A stretch of 64,000 nt of DNA from Candidatus Bathyarchaeota archaeon (GCA_963733055.1 CAVTBR010000001.1:1376001-1440000), one strand, 5' to 3'. Shown: positions 9,153 to 21,000, numbered from the stretch's first letter. A program made the numbers and translations. The notes: a model not told the origin generated them from the letters alone.

Positions 9153-9788
9153 GTGATGAGCGAGGGCGATCTTTCTACTGCCGGGTTAGGGAAGGGTAGG
9201 ATCGAGGCTCTTAGTGACGGTATCTTCGCTACCGTCATGACCGTCCTAGTGCTCAGCCTCAGCGTCCCAGTGGTTTCAGGGGCCCCACGGCCGTCGGAAC
9301 TCATGAGCGACTTAGTATCATTGTTGCCCAATATTGCTGGGTATATTGTTAGTTTCGTGGTGATCGGCGTATACTGGGTGGGACACCACGCCCTCTTCCA
9401 TTTCGTGAAGCGGACCAACCGTTTCCTACTTTGGTTGAATATGATGTTCCTGCTCTGCGTGGGGTTCATCCCATTCTCAACCGCTTTGATTGGAAGGTAT
9501 CCGTTCCTGCAAATTCCTGTAATGATCTATGGCGGGAATCTGATCGCCGCGGGTCTCGCACTCTACACTACATCTTGGTATTGTATGAAGAACCGTCGGA
9601 TGGTCGACAAGGACCTACCGGAGCACGTTGTGAAGTTAGGAGGCAGGCGGATCCTAGTAGGGCCCATTGTCTACGCGGTAGCGGTGCTTCTCTCATTCGT
9701 GGATACGAGAATTAGTCTCGCCCTTTACGCCATCACGCCGATCTACTATATCCTACCTGGAAAAATCGATGTACACTTGTCTCGCTAA
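9153..9788 (+). CDS. TMEM175 family potassium channel (DUF1211)
   Basis: RIEALSDGIFATVMTVLVL signature, YWVGHH, FIPFST, multiple TM helices. Confidence 0.9.
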   Translation: MMSEGDLSTAGLGKGRIEALSDGIFATVMTVLVLSLSVPVVSGAPRPSELMSDLVSLLPNIAGYIVSFVVIGVYWVGHHALFHFVKRTNRFLLWLNMMFLLCVGFIPFSTALIGRYPFLQIPVMIYGGNLIAAGLALYTTSWYCMKNRRMVDKDLPEHVVKLGGRRILVGPIVYAVAVLLSFVDTRISLALYAITPIYYILPGKIDVHLSR

Positions 9789-9975
9789 CCCCTGCCCCTT
9801 ACTGGTTCTTCCTCTCCCTAACTCGACGACTTACGCTCTGAGGAATCGGCCTGCACGCGCAGTTCTTTTGATGGGCTAGGTGCCAATTGATTCGTTGTTC
9901 CATGCTTGGTTTCTTGGGCATCCGATGTTTTTGATGCCAAGTCCGGTTGATTGTCGTATTCCTTCCCCCGAAGAG

Positions 9976-11310
9976 CTACTCGGAGCTTTCGACCTCGTCA
10001 CCAATCGCTGAGGTCATCGAAGCGGCAAGAGCTAACCACAATGCTGCCGCAATGAAAGTCGCATAGTATCCAACGTAGAAGGATAGTAGACCGGAGATGA
10101 ACGATCCGACCATCGTTGCCTGCCCTACGACCGCGCTGTAAACACCCAACGCCGATCCTTGGTTTGTCTTGCCTAAAGTGTTGAAGACCATCACGTTCGA
10201 GGCCGCGTAGTAGTACGCGTAGGCTATGCCGGCGCCAAGCGGGTACAGAATTAATGCGGCGCTCAGGTATGGTAATCCGACCAAGTACAAGACAGCGATA
10301 GCGAAACCTGCGTAACTGATTGCTCTAAGCAAAAGACCCTGAACAGCTGTGCGCCTAATCCCCGTTACCCGGATCCGTTTACCTAGGTAACTGAACGCGA
10401 GAGTTTGCACAAATATGCCAACTAACGAAACCGAGAACACCTCGCTCTTGGATACTCTCGCCGCAAAGAGTGACGGAACGAGTGAGGTGTTGAAGAGTCC
10501 GCTGGCAAAGTAGAATGCGCCGATTGAGAGGTAGATGAGGGCGGGTTCCCTCGTCAACCCGAACTTTACACCGCGAAATATCCGGCGGAAGTCCATCAGT
10601 TTCGGGATTTTCAAAAACAGCATCGGTATTGCTAGGATCAGTTGATAGAAGCTCTGACTAACCATCACAATCATTGAACGTTCGAATACGGTGACAGGTT
10701 CCTTGATCATCTGTACCGAGAGCCCGGCCGAAACCAACGACAGCGCGCCGAGGGCTATGACGAGCAAGTGGAAGGGGAGAAAGTCAGCCCAGCCTACGCT
10801 TAGTAGCAGGCCCATGGTGACGCCTACGCTTGTAATCATTGAGAAACGCGCGAACGCTGATGCCCAACTAGCTTTGGGTTGGGTTTCCATTATGAGCAGG
10901 TTAAGTGGTGTGGCAAATGCTGATGAGAGAAATGAGAAAGCGGAATACACAACTATGATTCCGTAAACCGATCGGACGAAGATAAATGAAAACAGGATTC
11001 CAGCTATGAGAACATAACTCCAAACCACCAGGGCCTTTCTCGTATGGATTCGGTCTGTTACGAAACCCCAGAAGATCGCGGCTGGTATGCTGGCGGCGGC
11101 GAAGAGAGTCGAAGCCACACCAATATCCAGCACTGAACCGTGCAATTCAAGAATGTAGAGTTGGGCGAAAGTGCTTACCGGGCCTATGGCCATGTTAATC
11201 GGCAGGATCGAGTAGATCCAATTTCCGGAACGCGCTCTACTTGCGGACTCCAACTGCCATCCCTGTTCCGATTCACAACTCGACGGCCAAGCTGGGACGA
11301 GACACTGCAA
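9976..11310 (-). CDS. MFS transporter
   Basis: About 12 hydrophobic helices; WGFVTDRIHTRK motif A variant; true start probably downstream of the ORF start. Confidence 0.85.
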   Translation of the reverse strand: MQCLVPAWPSSCESEQGWQLESASRARSGNWIYSILPINMAIGPVSTFAQLYILELHGSVLDIGVASTLFAAASIPAAIFWGFVTDRIHTRKALVVWSYVLIAGILFSFIFVRSVYGIIVVYSAFSFLSSAFATPLNLLIMETQPKASWASAFARFSMITSVGVTMGLLLSVGWADFLPFHLLVIALGALSLVSAGLSVQMIKEPVTVFERSMIVMVSQSFYQLILAIPMLFLKIPKLMDFRRIFRGVKFGLTREPALIYLSIGAFYFASGLFNTSLVPSLFAARVSKSEVFSVSLVGIFVQTLAFSYLGKRIRVTGIRRTAVQGLLLRAISYAGFAIAVLYLVGLPYLSAALILYPLGAGIAYAYYYAASNVMVFNTLGKTNQGSALGVYSAVVGQATMVGSFISGLLSFYVGYYATFIAAALWLALAASMTSAIGDEVESSE

Positions 11311-11429
11311 CTAATGAATATGAACCTTCGATTTAGTCAAAGAAATAGAAAGTACACGTTGCCTCGTTGCCGAATTTACCTGCTTCGGCGCGGGTGTGAA
11401 GCTAGGTTCCAACCGTAGCCGAGTCTTTC

Positions 11430-11909
11430 CTACGATATGTAGTAGGCGAGATAAATAGTCAAAGCGATTGGGATCGTTGCAAAATACCACGTGGGCACCA
11501 TAACTCCGAATAGGTTCACTAACCCGAGAAATGAATCCTCGCCACCCGTAATCCAAAGGCCTGCCAACGGATCGGTGCTCATCGGAGCGAAAAGTCTCAA
11601 CGTGTAATACACCGCGTCATAAATCGTGACCGCACAGAGAAAATTCGCCAAGGATATTGCAAGTCTTCTGTTCAGTCGCGACAGGTCCTCTCGGTGCAGA
11701 AGGAGATTATCGAGAATCGGTAGAAATGTTACTAATGCTATCGCGGGGAACAGTGGAAATAGGACGTATGGTGGCATGCCAAGTACTGTGCTGTGTCCGA
11801 TCTCCCTGTACGGAACTCCGTCAAGTGTTACATAGTAATATTCGAAGTACGCGAGCAGGAAGGCGAGAGCCGAAGAGAGCACGAGGCTTACAGGCATTTC
11901 TTTCCGCAT
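11430..11909 (-). CDS. Hypothetical multi-pass membrane protein
   Basis: ATG overlaps the TGA of the upstream gene (TGATG); about 4 hydrophobic segments. Confidence 0.7.
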   Translation of the reverse strand: MRKEMPVSLVLSSALAFLLAYFEYYYVTLDGVPYREIGHSTVLGMPPYVLFPLFPAIALVTFLPILDNLLLHREDLSRLNRRLAISLANFLCAVTIYDAVYYTLRLFAPMSTDPLAGLWITGGEDSFLGLVNLFGVMVPTWYFATIPIALTIYLAYYIS

Positions 11910-13750
11910 CAATCGTGTCCTCCAAAGATCTTCCTTGCAAACGGGTACGATGTGCATGTTGCGACGGCGGTAATGGAGAGGCCCCAGATAAACGACAACT
12001 GCCCAAGCCCAATGTTCGGTTGCCCGAATCCAACAACTATAGTGTTCACATCTTGCAGGAGAGGAGGCAGCATGATGTAGTTCCCCTTGAATACTGGCCA
12101 CTGTTTACCGTTTACCTGCACCCAACTGATCGGACTCTCCCCTGCAACTCTGATGGTTAGTTCGTTCTCGGTGAACCGGCCTAGGTTGATGGTAATCTGA
12201 GAACCGATGGAAACATTATAATGTGCATAGCTGATCGCCCGCGCCGATTCGAATCGCCCAATCGCATCGATCGTCGGTGTCCATGGTTGGGTGTGTTGCA
12301 GAATGTAATGGAGTGTATCTGAGCCGATAGTATATTCCAAGTCATCATAAAGGTGGTCGTACTGGAGAAGTATCCCGTTAATGCTGAGTAGCTGATTCAC
12401 GTTTGCCTTTATCCAATTCTCGTATTCCATCGTGACGCCTAGCGGTATGTAGCTGAGGGTTTCAGGAATTAGCACGAGCGCGGGTTGAGTGCTGTTCGGG
12501 GGATACCAAATGTCGAAGAAGGGGCTGTTCGGGTCCGCGAACAGGTACTTGAAACCCAGCGTGGTAATCGCCGTCATCGTATCGCTATCGGAGGCATAGT
12601 GGGGGGCTTCAAAGGTAAGCAGCTTCGTATTGAGTGTCTTCTCGATCTCATTCTTGCCTAATGAAATTCGCTGAAACTGCTCGCTATAGCTCATCCAGGT
12701 CCCGTTCACCAGAAACTCGGTTTCGACTCCTGTCTGAGCAGATCCAAATTGGTGAGTGTATCCGTGCTCCGCAATCGTTCCACCACCTACGATTACAGCG
12801 TGAAGCCAATCACGCAAAGGCGACGCGGAATCGGCGTTTAGGGGAATCTCGATTTGTTTGGGTGGGTTCACGTATACCGGAATGAGCGCCACCGCAAGAG
12901 GAACGTTGTTTGCTCTGAACTCTTGGAGGAAATTGTTTGCTCTTGTAAGCCAGGCATAATCGGTGTGTAAGGGGTCGACGTCCTCTATTCTCTCGATGAA
13001 TACGGAATCCAAGTTACGTGGATATGGCCGCAGCATGACGCTAGGGGCTCCAGAAAGAAGGTTAGTTATCACTGAGACCAGAATCGCCGGCCGCGACCAC
13101 GGCAAATTCGCATCGGCCTTCCACCAATCAGAGACATCATATGCGAAGAAATACGAACTGGCTCCTGAACCTCTTTGGAAGTGTGTCTCCGAAGGGAAGA
13201 GATTCTGAGATGAGTTGCCACGGAAGTAGCCTTCTGCCGAGGCGCCCACTAATTCAACCTGTGACACGTTTTCCTGAAAGACTCCGGTGTTTGTTGTCAA
13301 TTGAGAAGAAGTAGATACTACTCCCATATTCTGAGCAGAGTCTTCAGATACGAAGTGTACCCCGAACAGTAGCTCCAAAGTTCGTTCACTCATCGCATCA
13401 ACATCTGGTCCAATGTACACAAGACCGCCGTTGTACGACGTCAACGCCGCGATGGCCCCCTGCCCTTGTTCTGTAAGTTGACGAAAGCCGGAGTCGTAGA
13501 TTATGATTAACGTGTACTTTGTGAAATCTGAGCTCTGGTTTCCTTTGAGAATGTCATACGGGTATCCAAGTTGGCGCAGTAAATCGCTTAAGTGAACAAC
13601 GTTTGTTCCTAGTCCTTCATTCTCGACCACTCCGACTCTGAACGAATGGGACGGTGTTTGGGCCTGTGCGTACGCGAAAAATGAAGAGGCGGGCGCAAGA
13701 GCGAAGAGCACCAACAGTAGCGCTAAGAAGGTTGTTGCTCTCGCCTTCAA
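11909..13750 (-). CDS. Secreted, membrane-anchored polysaccharide deacetylase-like protein (DUF2334/NodB fold)
   Basis: Signal peptide, RIEDVDP, EHGYTHQ, FEAPHY motifs, C-terminal TM helix. Confidence 0.8.
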   Translation of the reverse strand: MKARATTFLALLLVLFALAPASSFFAYAQAQTPSHSFRVGVVENEGLGTNVVHLSDLLRQLGYPYDILKGNQSSDFTKYTLIIIYDSGFRQLTEQGQGAIAALTSYNGGLVYIGPDVDAMSERTLELLFGVHFVSEDSAQNMGVVSTSSQLTTNTGVFQENVSQVELVGASAEGYFRGNSSQNLFPSETHFQRGSGASSYFFAYDVSDWWKADANLPWSRPAILVSVITNLLSGAPSVMLRPYPRNLDSVFIERIEDVDPLHTDYAWLTRANNFLQEFRANNVPLAVALIPVYVNPPKQIEIPLNADSASPLRDWLHAVIVGGGTIAEHGYTHQFGSAQTGVETEFLVNGTWMSYSEQFQRISLGKNEIEKTLNTKLLTFEAPHYASDSDTMTAITTLGFKYLFADPNSPFFDIWYPPNSTQPALVLIPETLSYIPLGVTMEYENWIKANVNQLLSINGILLQYDHLYDDLEYTIGSDTLHYILQHTQPWTPTIDAIGRFESARAISYAHYNVSIGSQITINLGRFTENELTIRVAGESPISWVQVNGKQWPVFKGNYIMLPPLLQDVNTIVVGFGQPNIGLGQLSFIWGLSITAVATCTSYPFARKIFGGHD

Positions 13751-13757
13751 GGAGTTT

Positions 13758-15200
13758 TCAGCTCTCTGATATGATCGCGGGGATCTCCGAGGGTTTCTCC
13801 TTTTCGGCGACTCTCGCCGTCTGAACCCATTTCGGCTTGTCTCTCATCAAAACGTGGGTTACAGCTCTCAGGCAGCACGGTATCCAGTGGTACGTGTACG
13901 CCGACGTTACGATTAGTAGTGGAACAAATCCTCTCTTCGACAGCCAGGGAGATCGTCTGGTATCACCCGCCTTCTTGTCCTCCCTGATGCTCATCATGAG
14001 GCCATACGTCATTAGAGGAAAGAAACTGACGCCGTTTGCGATCATGAAGTACATTGGAAACGGATTGTATGTGGTTATCAAAGCCGCGACCCCGAGCAGT
14101 GAGATCACCCAAGTTACTAGCATGACGGGTGGAATGATTATGAATGATATGTAGTAGGCGATGTCCACTTTCTTGATCAGTTTTACTTTCGATGACACAA
14201 TGGATCCGGTCAGCACATATTCCTGAAGCGCTTGGTAAGTTCCCCATGCCCATCGTGTCCGCTGCTTGTACAGGGCACCCCAACTATCAACCCCTTGTTG
14301 CTCCACGTGGGTTGTGGAAAGGAATTCGTTCTCCCAACCTTTGAGTAGAAGCCTCGTGCCTATGTCTAGGTCTTCCGTAAGCGCTCCTCTCTTCCACCAT
14401 TCCCCATTCTCTAGGATAATGGACTCCAGAGCAGTGCTTCGAATAAACTGACCATTTCCGCCAAGCGCTACTGCGCCTTTGAATATATTTCTGACAAACT
14501 GTGTGACCCGGGCAAAGGTTGAGAACTCCACTTCTTGAAGTAGACCTAAGAAATTGTCGTACCTATTGCCGATCCTGACAAGTGTCTGAACGGCCCCGAC
14601 TTCCGCTTTGGTGAACTGAAATGAGGTCTTCTTCAGCATATCTTCTTTGGGTCGTCCGTCTGCGTCGAAAACTCCTATTACCCAATCGTTTCCGGTGTGT
14701 TGACCTCTCTGAAGGAGATACTTGTATGCCGTGTTTAGGGCTTGGCTCTTTCCGTGGCCAGACTCTTCGGGAGGGATCGTTAGAATACCGAGGTTAGGGA
14801 ACTCATTTTGTAAGTTGACCGCAATGTGCCTGGTATGGTCTGTGCTTCCGTCGTCGACCAGTAGTACTTCGAAAAGTTCCTTTGGATAGTCGAGTGTTAG
14901 AATCTTCCTGAGTGTTCTCTCTATGACTGATTCCTCATTTCTGGCTGGAACCATTATGCTGAAGTAGTGACTGGTCGATTCCTTTTCCACTTTCAACCTT
15001 CTTCGGTCATGAACGGCCACTACGGATATCAGGGTCAGGTTGTATAGGGTGCAGAATACGAAGAAGAATATTGTCAGTAAGGTAGTGTCTATACCCGGAT
15101 TAGCCGACGTGGCCGCATGCGTGATGAGTATTGGACCCAGCAAGGTGAGAAAGAATAGGAGTAGGGCGAGGCCTAAACCGACCGCGACGAATCCCGCCAA
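13758..15200 (-). CDS. Processive GT2 glycosyltransferase (cellulose synthase/IcaA-like)
   Basis: VPARNEE, DDGSTD, FDAD, TEDLD, QRTRW (QxxRW) plus TM helices. Confidence 0.92.
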   Translation of the reverse strand: MAGFVAVGLGLALLLFFLTLLGPILITHAATSANPGIDTTLLTIFFFVFCTLYNLTLISVVAVHDRRRLKVEKESTSHYFSIMVPARNEESVIERTLRKILTLDYPKELFEVLLVDDGSTDHTRHIAVNLQNEFPNLGILTIPPEESGHGKSQALNTAYKYLLQRGQHTGNDWVIGVFDADGRPKEDMLKKTSFQFTKAEVGAVQTLVRIGNRYDNFLGLLQEVEFSTFARVTQFVRNIFKGAVALGGNGQFIRSTALESIILENGEWWKRGALTEDLDIGTRLLLKGWENEFLSTTHVEQQGVDSWGALYKQRTRWAWGTYQALQEYVLTGSIVSSKVKLIKKVDIAYYISFIIIPPVMLVTWVISLLGVAALITTYNPFPMYFMIANGVSFFPLMTYGLMMSIREDKKAGDTRRSPWLSKRGFVPLLIVTSAYTYHWIPCCLRAVTHVLMRDKPKWVQTARVAEKEKPSEIPAIISES

Positions 15201-15211
15201 GTTCTATAACC

Positions 15212-16414
15212 TCAAGAGATTCCCAGGATGGGAATTGGGCTAAGTTGTCCTGCGGATTCTAAGATGTCAGCCACATAGCTCGTGATTCTGCTGCCCGCCA
15301 ACCCGTCTCCAAAGGGAGACATTGACGGTAGCCTTTCCGGGTTGTCCAACCCCTCATTTACGCAGCGTAGGATGTTGTCTCTTCGAGTGCCAGCCAATTC
15401 TGCAAAGCCCGAATCCACGGCTTCTGGTCTCTCCGTTGAGGTCCGCATAACTACGACGCGCTTGCGAATTTCCGGGGCTGTCGCTTCCTCTTGCAATCCG
15501 CCCGAGTCCGTCAGCACAAGCGAACAATTTTTCATTAGAACCAATAGGTCATAGTACCCTACGGGCGGCAGCAGTTGGATGTTTTGACTCTCCAACAGCT
15601 TGTCCAGCAAGCCGGCTCGTTTGAGGCGTTCGACTGTCCGTGGGTGGACGGGGAATACTATTGGAAGGGGCGAGTCGAGGAAGGCACCGACGAATTCTTT
15701 CAGGACGTTCGGGTCGTCGACATTCTCTGCCCTGTGCGCCGTTGCTAATATGAACTCACTGAAGCGTAACTGCTCTAGAATAAGCGAGTTGGCTTCTGCT
15801 ATTGGGAGGTTACGCATTATGGCATCGATGACTGTATTTCCAGTGAGCCGCTTGATTCCCGGAGCCTTTTCGGCGACTACGTTTCTCAAGGCAGTTTCGG
15901 TTGGGGCGAAAAGATAGTTTGAGGAATGGTCAACCATCCTCCTATTGTGCTCCTCGGGCATTCTCCAATCGTAACTCCTCAAGCCCGATTCTACGTGGCC
16001 GACTGGGATTCCCTCTTTGAGAGCTGCAATGGTGGCTGCCAGAGTCGTGTTAGTGTCGCCTTGGACAAGAACGAGCGACGGCGTGAGCTGTCTCAGGGCT
16101 GCGGCTACTCCCATTATGATTTGCCCGGTCAAGTCGGCCGGATTGTTCGCTCTATCATTGAGTTCGTATTCGGGCTTTGGATAACCTAGATCCTTGATGA
16201 ATGATCCTGAGAGTTCTTGATCGTAGTGCTGCCCGGTGTTTATGAAACTGAAAGGAGTGCGGCGCCGTTCGAGGGACTGGACGATGGGTGCCATCTTGAC
16301 CAGTTCGGGCCGTGTTCCTGCTATGATTGTGGCTGAGTTCAAAACTGGACCTCGGCCGGTCATCTCGCTGGCACGGTATATCAGTGTATTGTTACAGGTA
16401 CAGTGGCGTTCCAT
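15212..16414 (-). CDS. wecB: UDP-N-acetylglucosamine 2-epimerase (non-hydrolysing)
   Basis: GTRPE, TGQHYD, QGDTNT, HVESGLRS, PEEHNR, TDSGGLQEE, ERPE; start may be 16363. Confidence 0.95.
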   Translation of the reverse strand: MERHCTCNNTLIYRASEMTGRGPVLNSATIIAGTRPELVKMAPIVQSLERRRTPFSFINTGQHYDQELSGSFIKDLGYPKPEYELNDRANNPADLTGQIIMGVAAALRQLTPSLVLVQGDTNTTLAATIAALKEGIPVGHVESGLRSYDWRMPEEHNRRMVDHSSNYLFAPTETALRNVVAEKAPGIKRLTGNTVIDAIMRNLPIAEANSLILEQLRFSEFILATAHRAENVDDPNVLKEFVGAFLDSPLPIVFPVHPRTVERLKRAGLLDKLLESQNIQLLPPVGYYDLLVLMKNCSLVLTDSGGLQEEATAPEIRKRVVVMRTSTERPEAVDSGFAELAGTRRDNILRCVNEGLDNPERLPSMSPFGDGLAGSRITSYVADILESAGQLSPIPILGIS

Positions 16415-16921
16415 CGTTCACATTATGGTAGACGATTCGCATGATGAAAGGAGTATGTTCCTCCATCCTTTCTACTGTAAAGAGACATCTACCTTCTCCA
16501 CAAAATATCATGAGTTATTCAAGCCGGCAACGAACTGTAGCGGCTAGTTATCTCTCGAATCGATATGGAACACATATCCCCTCCACATACTCGCAACCAT
16601 ACTCTTTTTGTGGCAACTATGGGACGGACTCATTCGAGGTCCGACAATTTCGCAACAAAACTAGGCCGCTCGAGAGTTGAAGAAGTTGCTTGCCAATCTT
16701 GTGGATCACGATTACGGTCGAGGCTTCGAAGCGAACTCAGTGAAGACAAGCTAGCATTCTTGGGTCTAGCAAACGTAAAATATCAATTCAGCCTTTTTGC
16801 GAGAGGGTTCTACTTCCCTCCCCAGTGCGCATGGGAGGAAAAATCAAAACTGCTACGGTCTGTTGAAGCAACATCGCCTCGATCAACATCGAGTCCCAAG
16901 AACCTCAATCCAGCCTCGCTC

Positions 16922-18013
16922 ATGTTGGAAGACGGGACCGTTTTCAGCGGCTATTCTTTCGGCGCACTAAAATCCGCCACAGGGGAAGCCGTCTTCTCAA
17001 CCTCAATGGTCGGCTACCCCGAAGCCCTAACCGACCCTTCATACCGTGGACAGATACTCTGCCTCACCTACCCACTTGTAGGCAACTACGGCGTCCCAAG
17101 TTTTGAAACCGTTGCCGACAATTTACCCGTCTTCTTTGAATCCAACGGAATCCAAACTCGCGGACTCATCGTGCATGAAGCCTGCGAACATCCAAGCCAC
17201 TATCAAAGCGTCCGCACACTTGACCAATGGCTTCGGGACGAGAGGATTCCGGGGATATTCGGCATTGACACTAGAAGACTGGCCAGGGTTCTTCGTGAGA
17301 GGGGCGTGATGCGTGCTGCTATCGCGCCCGGGGACAAAGTCAACGCTGTTGATTTGACGGAGATACCGGACCCAAATGAAACCGATCTCGTCAAGGAAGT
17401 GTCCGTTCGCGAGCCTGTAGTGTATCATCCGGAAAGCAAGGAGACGATTGTGCTCTTGGATTGCGGCACAAAACTGAGCATAATCAGGAATTTACTCAAG
17501 CGCGACGTATCAGTTGAACGCGTCCCTTACGATACTCCCGCCGACTCAATCATCGAGCATGATCCGATCGGCGTCGTTGTGAGCAATGGACCGGGTGACC
17601 CTAAGATATGCAAGCAAACAATTCAAACCCTGCGCGATCTCACGGAATCGGAGATCCCCACGCTTGGTATCTGCCTCGGTAACCAGCTAATCGCGCTGGC
17701 GTCTGGAGCCGACACTTACAAGATGAAATACGGGCATCGGTCACAAAATCAACCCGTACTGGATCTTGACACCGGCCGATGCTATATCACCACCCAGAAT
17801 CACGGGTTTGCAGTCGACCGCGCGGCTTTGGAGAAGGCCGGCCTCGAAGTCTGGTTTGTGAACGCAAACGATCGATCAGTTGAGGGATTGAGGGATCCAA
17901 AGCGACCATGTTGGGCTGTACAATGGCATCCTGAAGCATGTCCCGGACCGACGGATACGGAGTTCATCTTCGATTTCTTCCTAAAGGAGGCACGCAAACA
18001 TGCCACGGCATGA
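16922..18013 (+). CDS. carA: Carbamoyl-phosphate synthase small subunit
   Basis: LEDGT, GYPEALTDPSYRGQ, SNGPGDP, GICLGNQ, QWHPE; the frame is open to 16565 but homology starts near 16900. Confidence 0.95.
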   Translation: MLEDGTVFSGYSFGALKSATGEAVFSTSMVGYPEALTDPSYRGQILCLTYPLVGNYGVPSFETVADNLPVFFESNGIQTRGLIVHEACEHPSHYQSVRTLDQWLRDERIPGIFGIDTRRLARVLRERGVMRAAIAPGDKVNAVDLTEIPDPNETDLVKEVSVREPVVYHPESKETIVLLDCGTKLSIIRNLLKRDVSVERVPYDTPADSIIEHDPIGVVVSNGPGDPKICKQTIQTLRDLTESEIPTLGICLGNQLIALASGADTYKMKYGHRSQNQPVLDLDTGRCYITTQNHGFAVDRAALEKAGLEVWFVNANDRSVEGLRDPKRPCWAVQWHPEACPGPTDTEFIFDFFLKEARKHATA

Positions 18014-21000
18014 TTGGATTCGGAAGACACTCGTTCTCGGGAGCGGTGCGATCAAGATTGGCGAAGCGGCCGAGTTCGACTACAGTGGCTCCCAATGTTT
18101 GAAAGCACTTCGCGAAGAAGAAATTGAAACAGTCCTCGTCAATCCTAACATTGCCACAATTCAAACGGACCCAAAGCCCGGAACCAGAGTCTACCTTCTA
18201 CCCGTCACGCCGGAATATGTGGAGAGGGTGATTCAGAAGGAGAAGCCTGACAGCATACTGCTAAGCTTCGGCGGGCAGACGGCGCTAAACTGCGGAGTCG
18301 AACTCGCCAAGCGGGGCATCCTAGAAAAGTACGGAGTGCGAGTCCTGGGCACACCGATTCAAACGATTCGCGATACGGAGGACCGGGAACTCTTCAAACA
18401 AGCTATGCTTCGATCCTCGACACCCATCCCAAGAAGCGCCACCGCCGACTCTGTCGCCAAATGCCTAGCTGAGGCCAGCAAGATTGGCTATCCGGTGATA
18501 CTCAGAGTCGCTTATGCTCTGGGCGGGAAGGGTTCGGCGGTTGTATGGAATGAAGAAGAGATGAAGAAAGCTGCCGAGCCAGCGCTCGCACAGAGCATCA
18601 TCAAACAGGTGCTAGTGGAGGAATTCCTCTACCACTGGAAGGAGATTGAGTATGAGGTTGTGAGGGACAGCGCGGACAATTGCATTACCGTCTGCAATAT
18701 GGAAAACTTTGATCCGATGGGCATTCACACGGGAGATTCCATCGTGGTCGCACCTTCTCAGACACTCACGAACCGCGAATATCACCTGCTTCGTTCAGCT
18801 TCAATCAAAGCTATTCGAAGCCTAGGGGTGGTAGGGGAATGTAACATCCAGTGGGCCCTTGACCCCGACAGCGATGCCATCAGGGCTATCGAGGTCAACG
18901 CTCGAATGTCCCGAAGTTCAGCCCTTGCAAGCAAAGCCACAGGCTACCCCCTCGCCTACATCGCAACCAAACTCGCGATAGGATACACGCTGCCTGAATT
19001 ATGGAATAAGATCACAAACGTTACCACAGCTTGCTTCGAACCCGCGCTCGACTACGTTGTCGTCAAGATACCGAGATGGGATCTCGCCAAGTTCCGAAGG
19101 GTTGACCCACACCTCGGCCCACAAATGAAGTCCGTAGGAGAGGTGATGGGTATTGGAAGGTGCTTCGAGGAAGCAATCCAAAAGGCCGTTAGAATGCTCG
19201 ACGTCGGAAAACTCGGAATAGCATGCTACAACGAAAATGCTGACTATTCGAAGGATGAGATACGTGAGCGCCTCAGTCGACCAGCCGATGAACGACTCTT
19301 AGTTATCGTAAACGCACTCAAGAACGGTTTCAGTATCGAAGAGATCCGTGAACTCACCGGAATTGACCCATGGTTCCTGAACAAAATTCTCAACATAATG
19401 GAAACCGAAGACGAGTTGAGGGCTAGTTCACTCGAGAACGAGCATGGGGCTCAACTTGTTAGGCGTGCGAAGGTGCTCGGCTTCTCTGACGTGCAAGTTG
19501 CAAACTGTTTGAATTCAGACGAGTTTACCGTGCGGGAATATCGCATCAAGAACAGCATAAACCCAGTCGTCAAACAAATCGACACGCTTGCCGCAGAATG
19601 GCCAGCCAGGACAAACTACCTCTACCTCACATACGGAGGGGAGGATGACGAGATTGAATTTCAGCTAAGAAAGAAAGCCATCGTTCTAGGCGCCGGCGTC
19701 TTCAGAATCGGTTCAAGTGTCGAATTTGACTGGAGTGCCGTCACAGCAATACAGGCGCTTAAAGAGAATGGCATCGAAGAAACAATAATGATCAACTGCA
19801 ACCCCGAAACCGTCTCCACCGACTACGACAGCTGCGACAAACTGTATTTCGAGGAAATAACCCTCGAACACGTCCTAGACATATACGAGAAAGAGATGCC
19901 TGAAGGGGTCTTAGTCAGCGTTGGTGGTCAAATCGCCAACAACCTCGCACCCAAGCTAGCAAAACACGGCGTGCGAATCTTAGGGTCAGGCAGCCGGACG
20001 ATAGATCGAGCCGAAGACCGTGCAAAGTTCAGCAGCCTCCTGGATCGGCTCGGAATCCCTCAACCCAGTTGGAAAAAGGCTACCACGGTACTGGCTTGCA
20101 AGAGATTCGCAAAGGAATTTGGATACCCCGTCATAGTCAGGCCCAGCTACGTTCTCTCCGGCTCCGCCATGAGAATCGCCGACGATGAGAAACAGCTCGA
20201 GGCCTACCTGCAGCTCGCTGCTAGCGTATCACCGGAACATCCCGTCGTCATCTCAAAGTTCGTTTCAGATGCGCGAGAGGTTGAGGTTGATGGAGTCTGT
20301 GATGGAACGAACGTTCTGCTCAGCCCCGTCATGGAGCATATCGAAAACGCGGGGATCCACAGCGGGGACGCGACAATTAGCATACCCGCGAAAACGCTAC
20401 TGCCTAACATCGTAGACAAGGTCTATGATTACAGCCAGAAAATTGCCGAAGGCCTAGGAATCCGCGGCCCATTCAACATTCAGTATCTCGCGAAAGGCGA
20501 CACGGTCTATGTGATCGAATGTAATGCGAGGGCATCAAGATCAATGCCCTACGTCAGTAAATCAACCGGAACGAACCTAATCCGAGAAGCCGTCCCGCTA
20601 ATGCTCGGCAAGAAGAAACTCGCCAACTCTACTGGAATCGCTAAGGCAGGGTTCCAATACTATAGCGTAAAAGTGCCACAGTTCAGCTTCGTACGGTTGA
20701 CCGGAGCGGATCCGGTTACGGGTGTGGAGATGATGAGCACGGGAGAGGTGGCATGTATCGGCAGGAACTTTCCGGACGCGTTAACAAAGGCACTAGAGTC
20801 AAGCGAAATCTCACTTCCAAAGAGCGGCGGCGTGTTGATAACGGTGGGAGGGGCGGAGTTGAAAAACCGCATCCTTCCTCTCTCCATTGCGCTCGCATCA
20901 TTAGGCTTCGAGCTTTACGCGACCGAGCACACCGCCATGACATTGCACGAGGCTGGGCTTAGGAAAGTCACTTCTTTACACAAAGTTGGTGAACCCAAGG

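Noticed and set aside
16565-16921. Apparent 119-aa N-terminal extension of CarA
   Set aside because: No recognisable domain; most likely an open frame running through the promoter region, with the real start near 16850-16922
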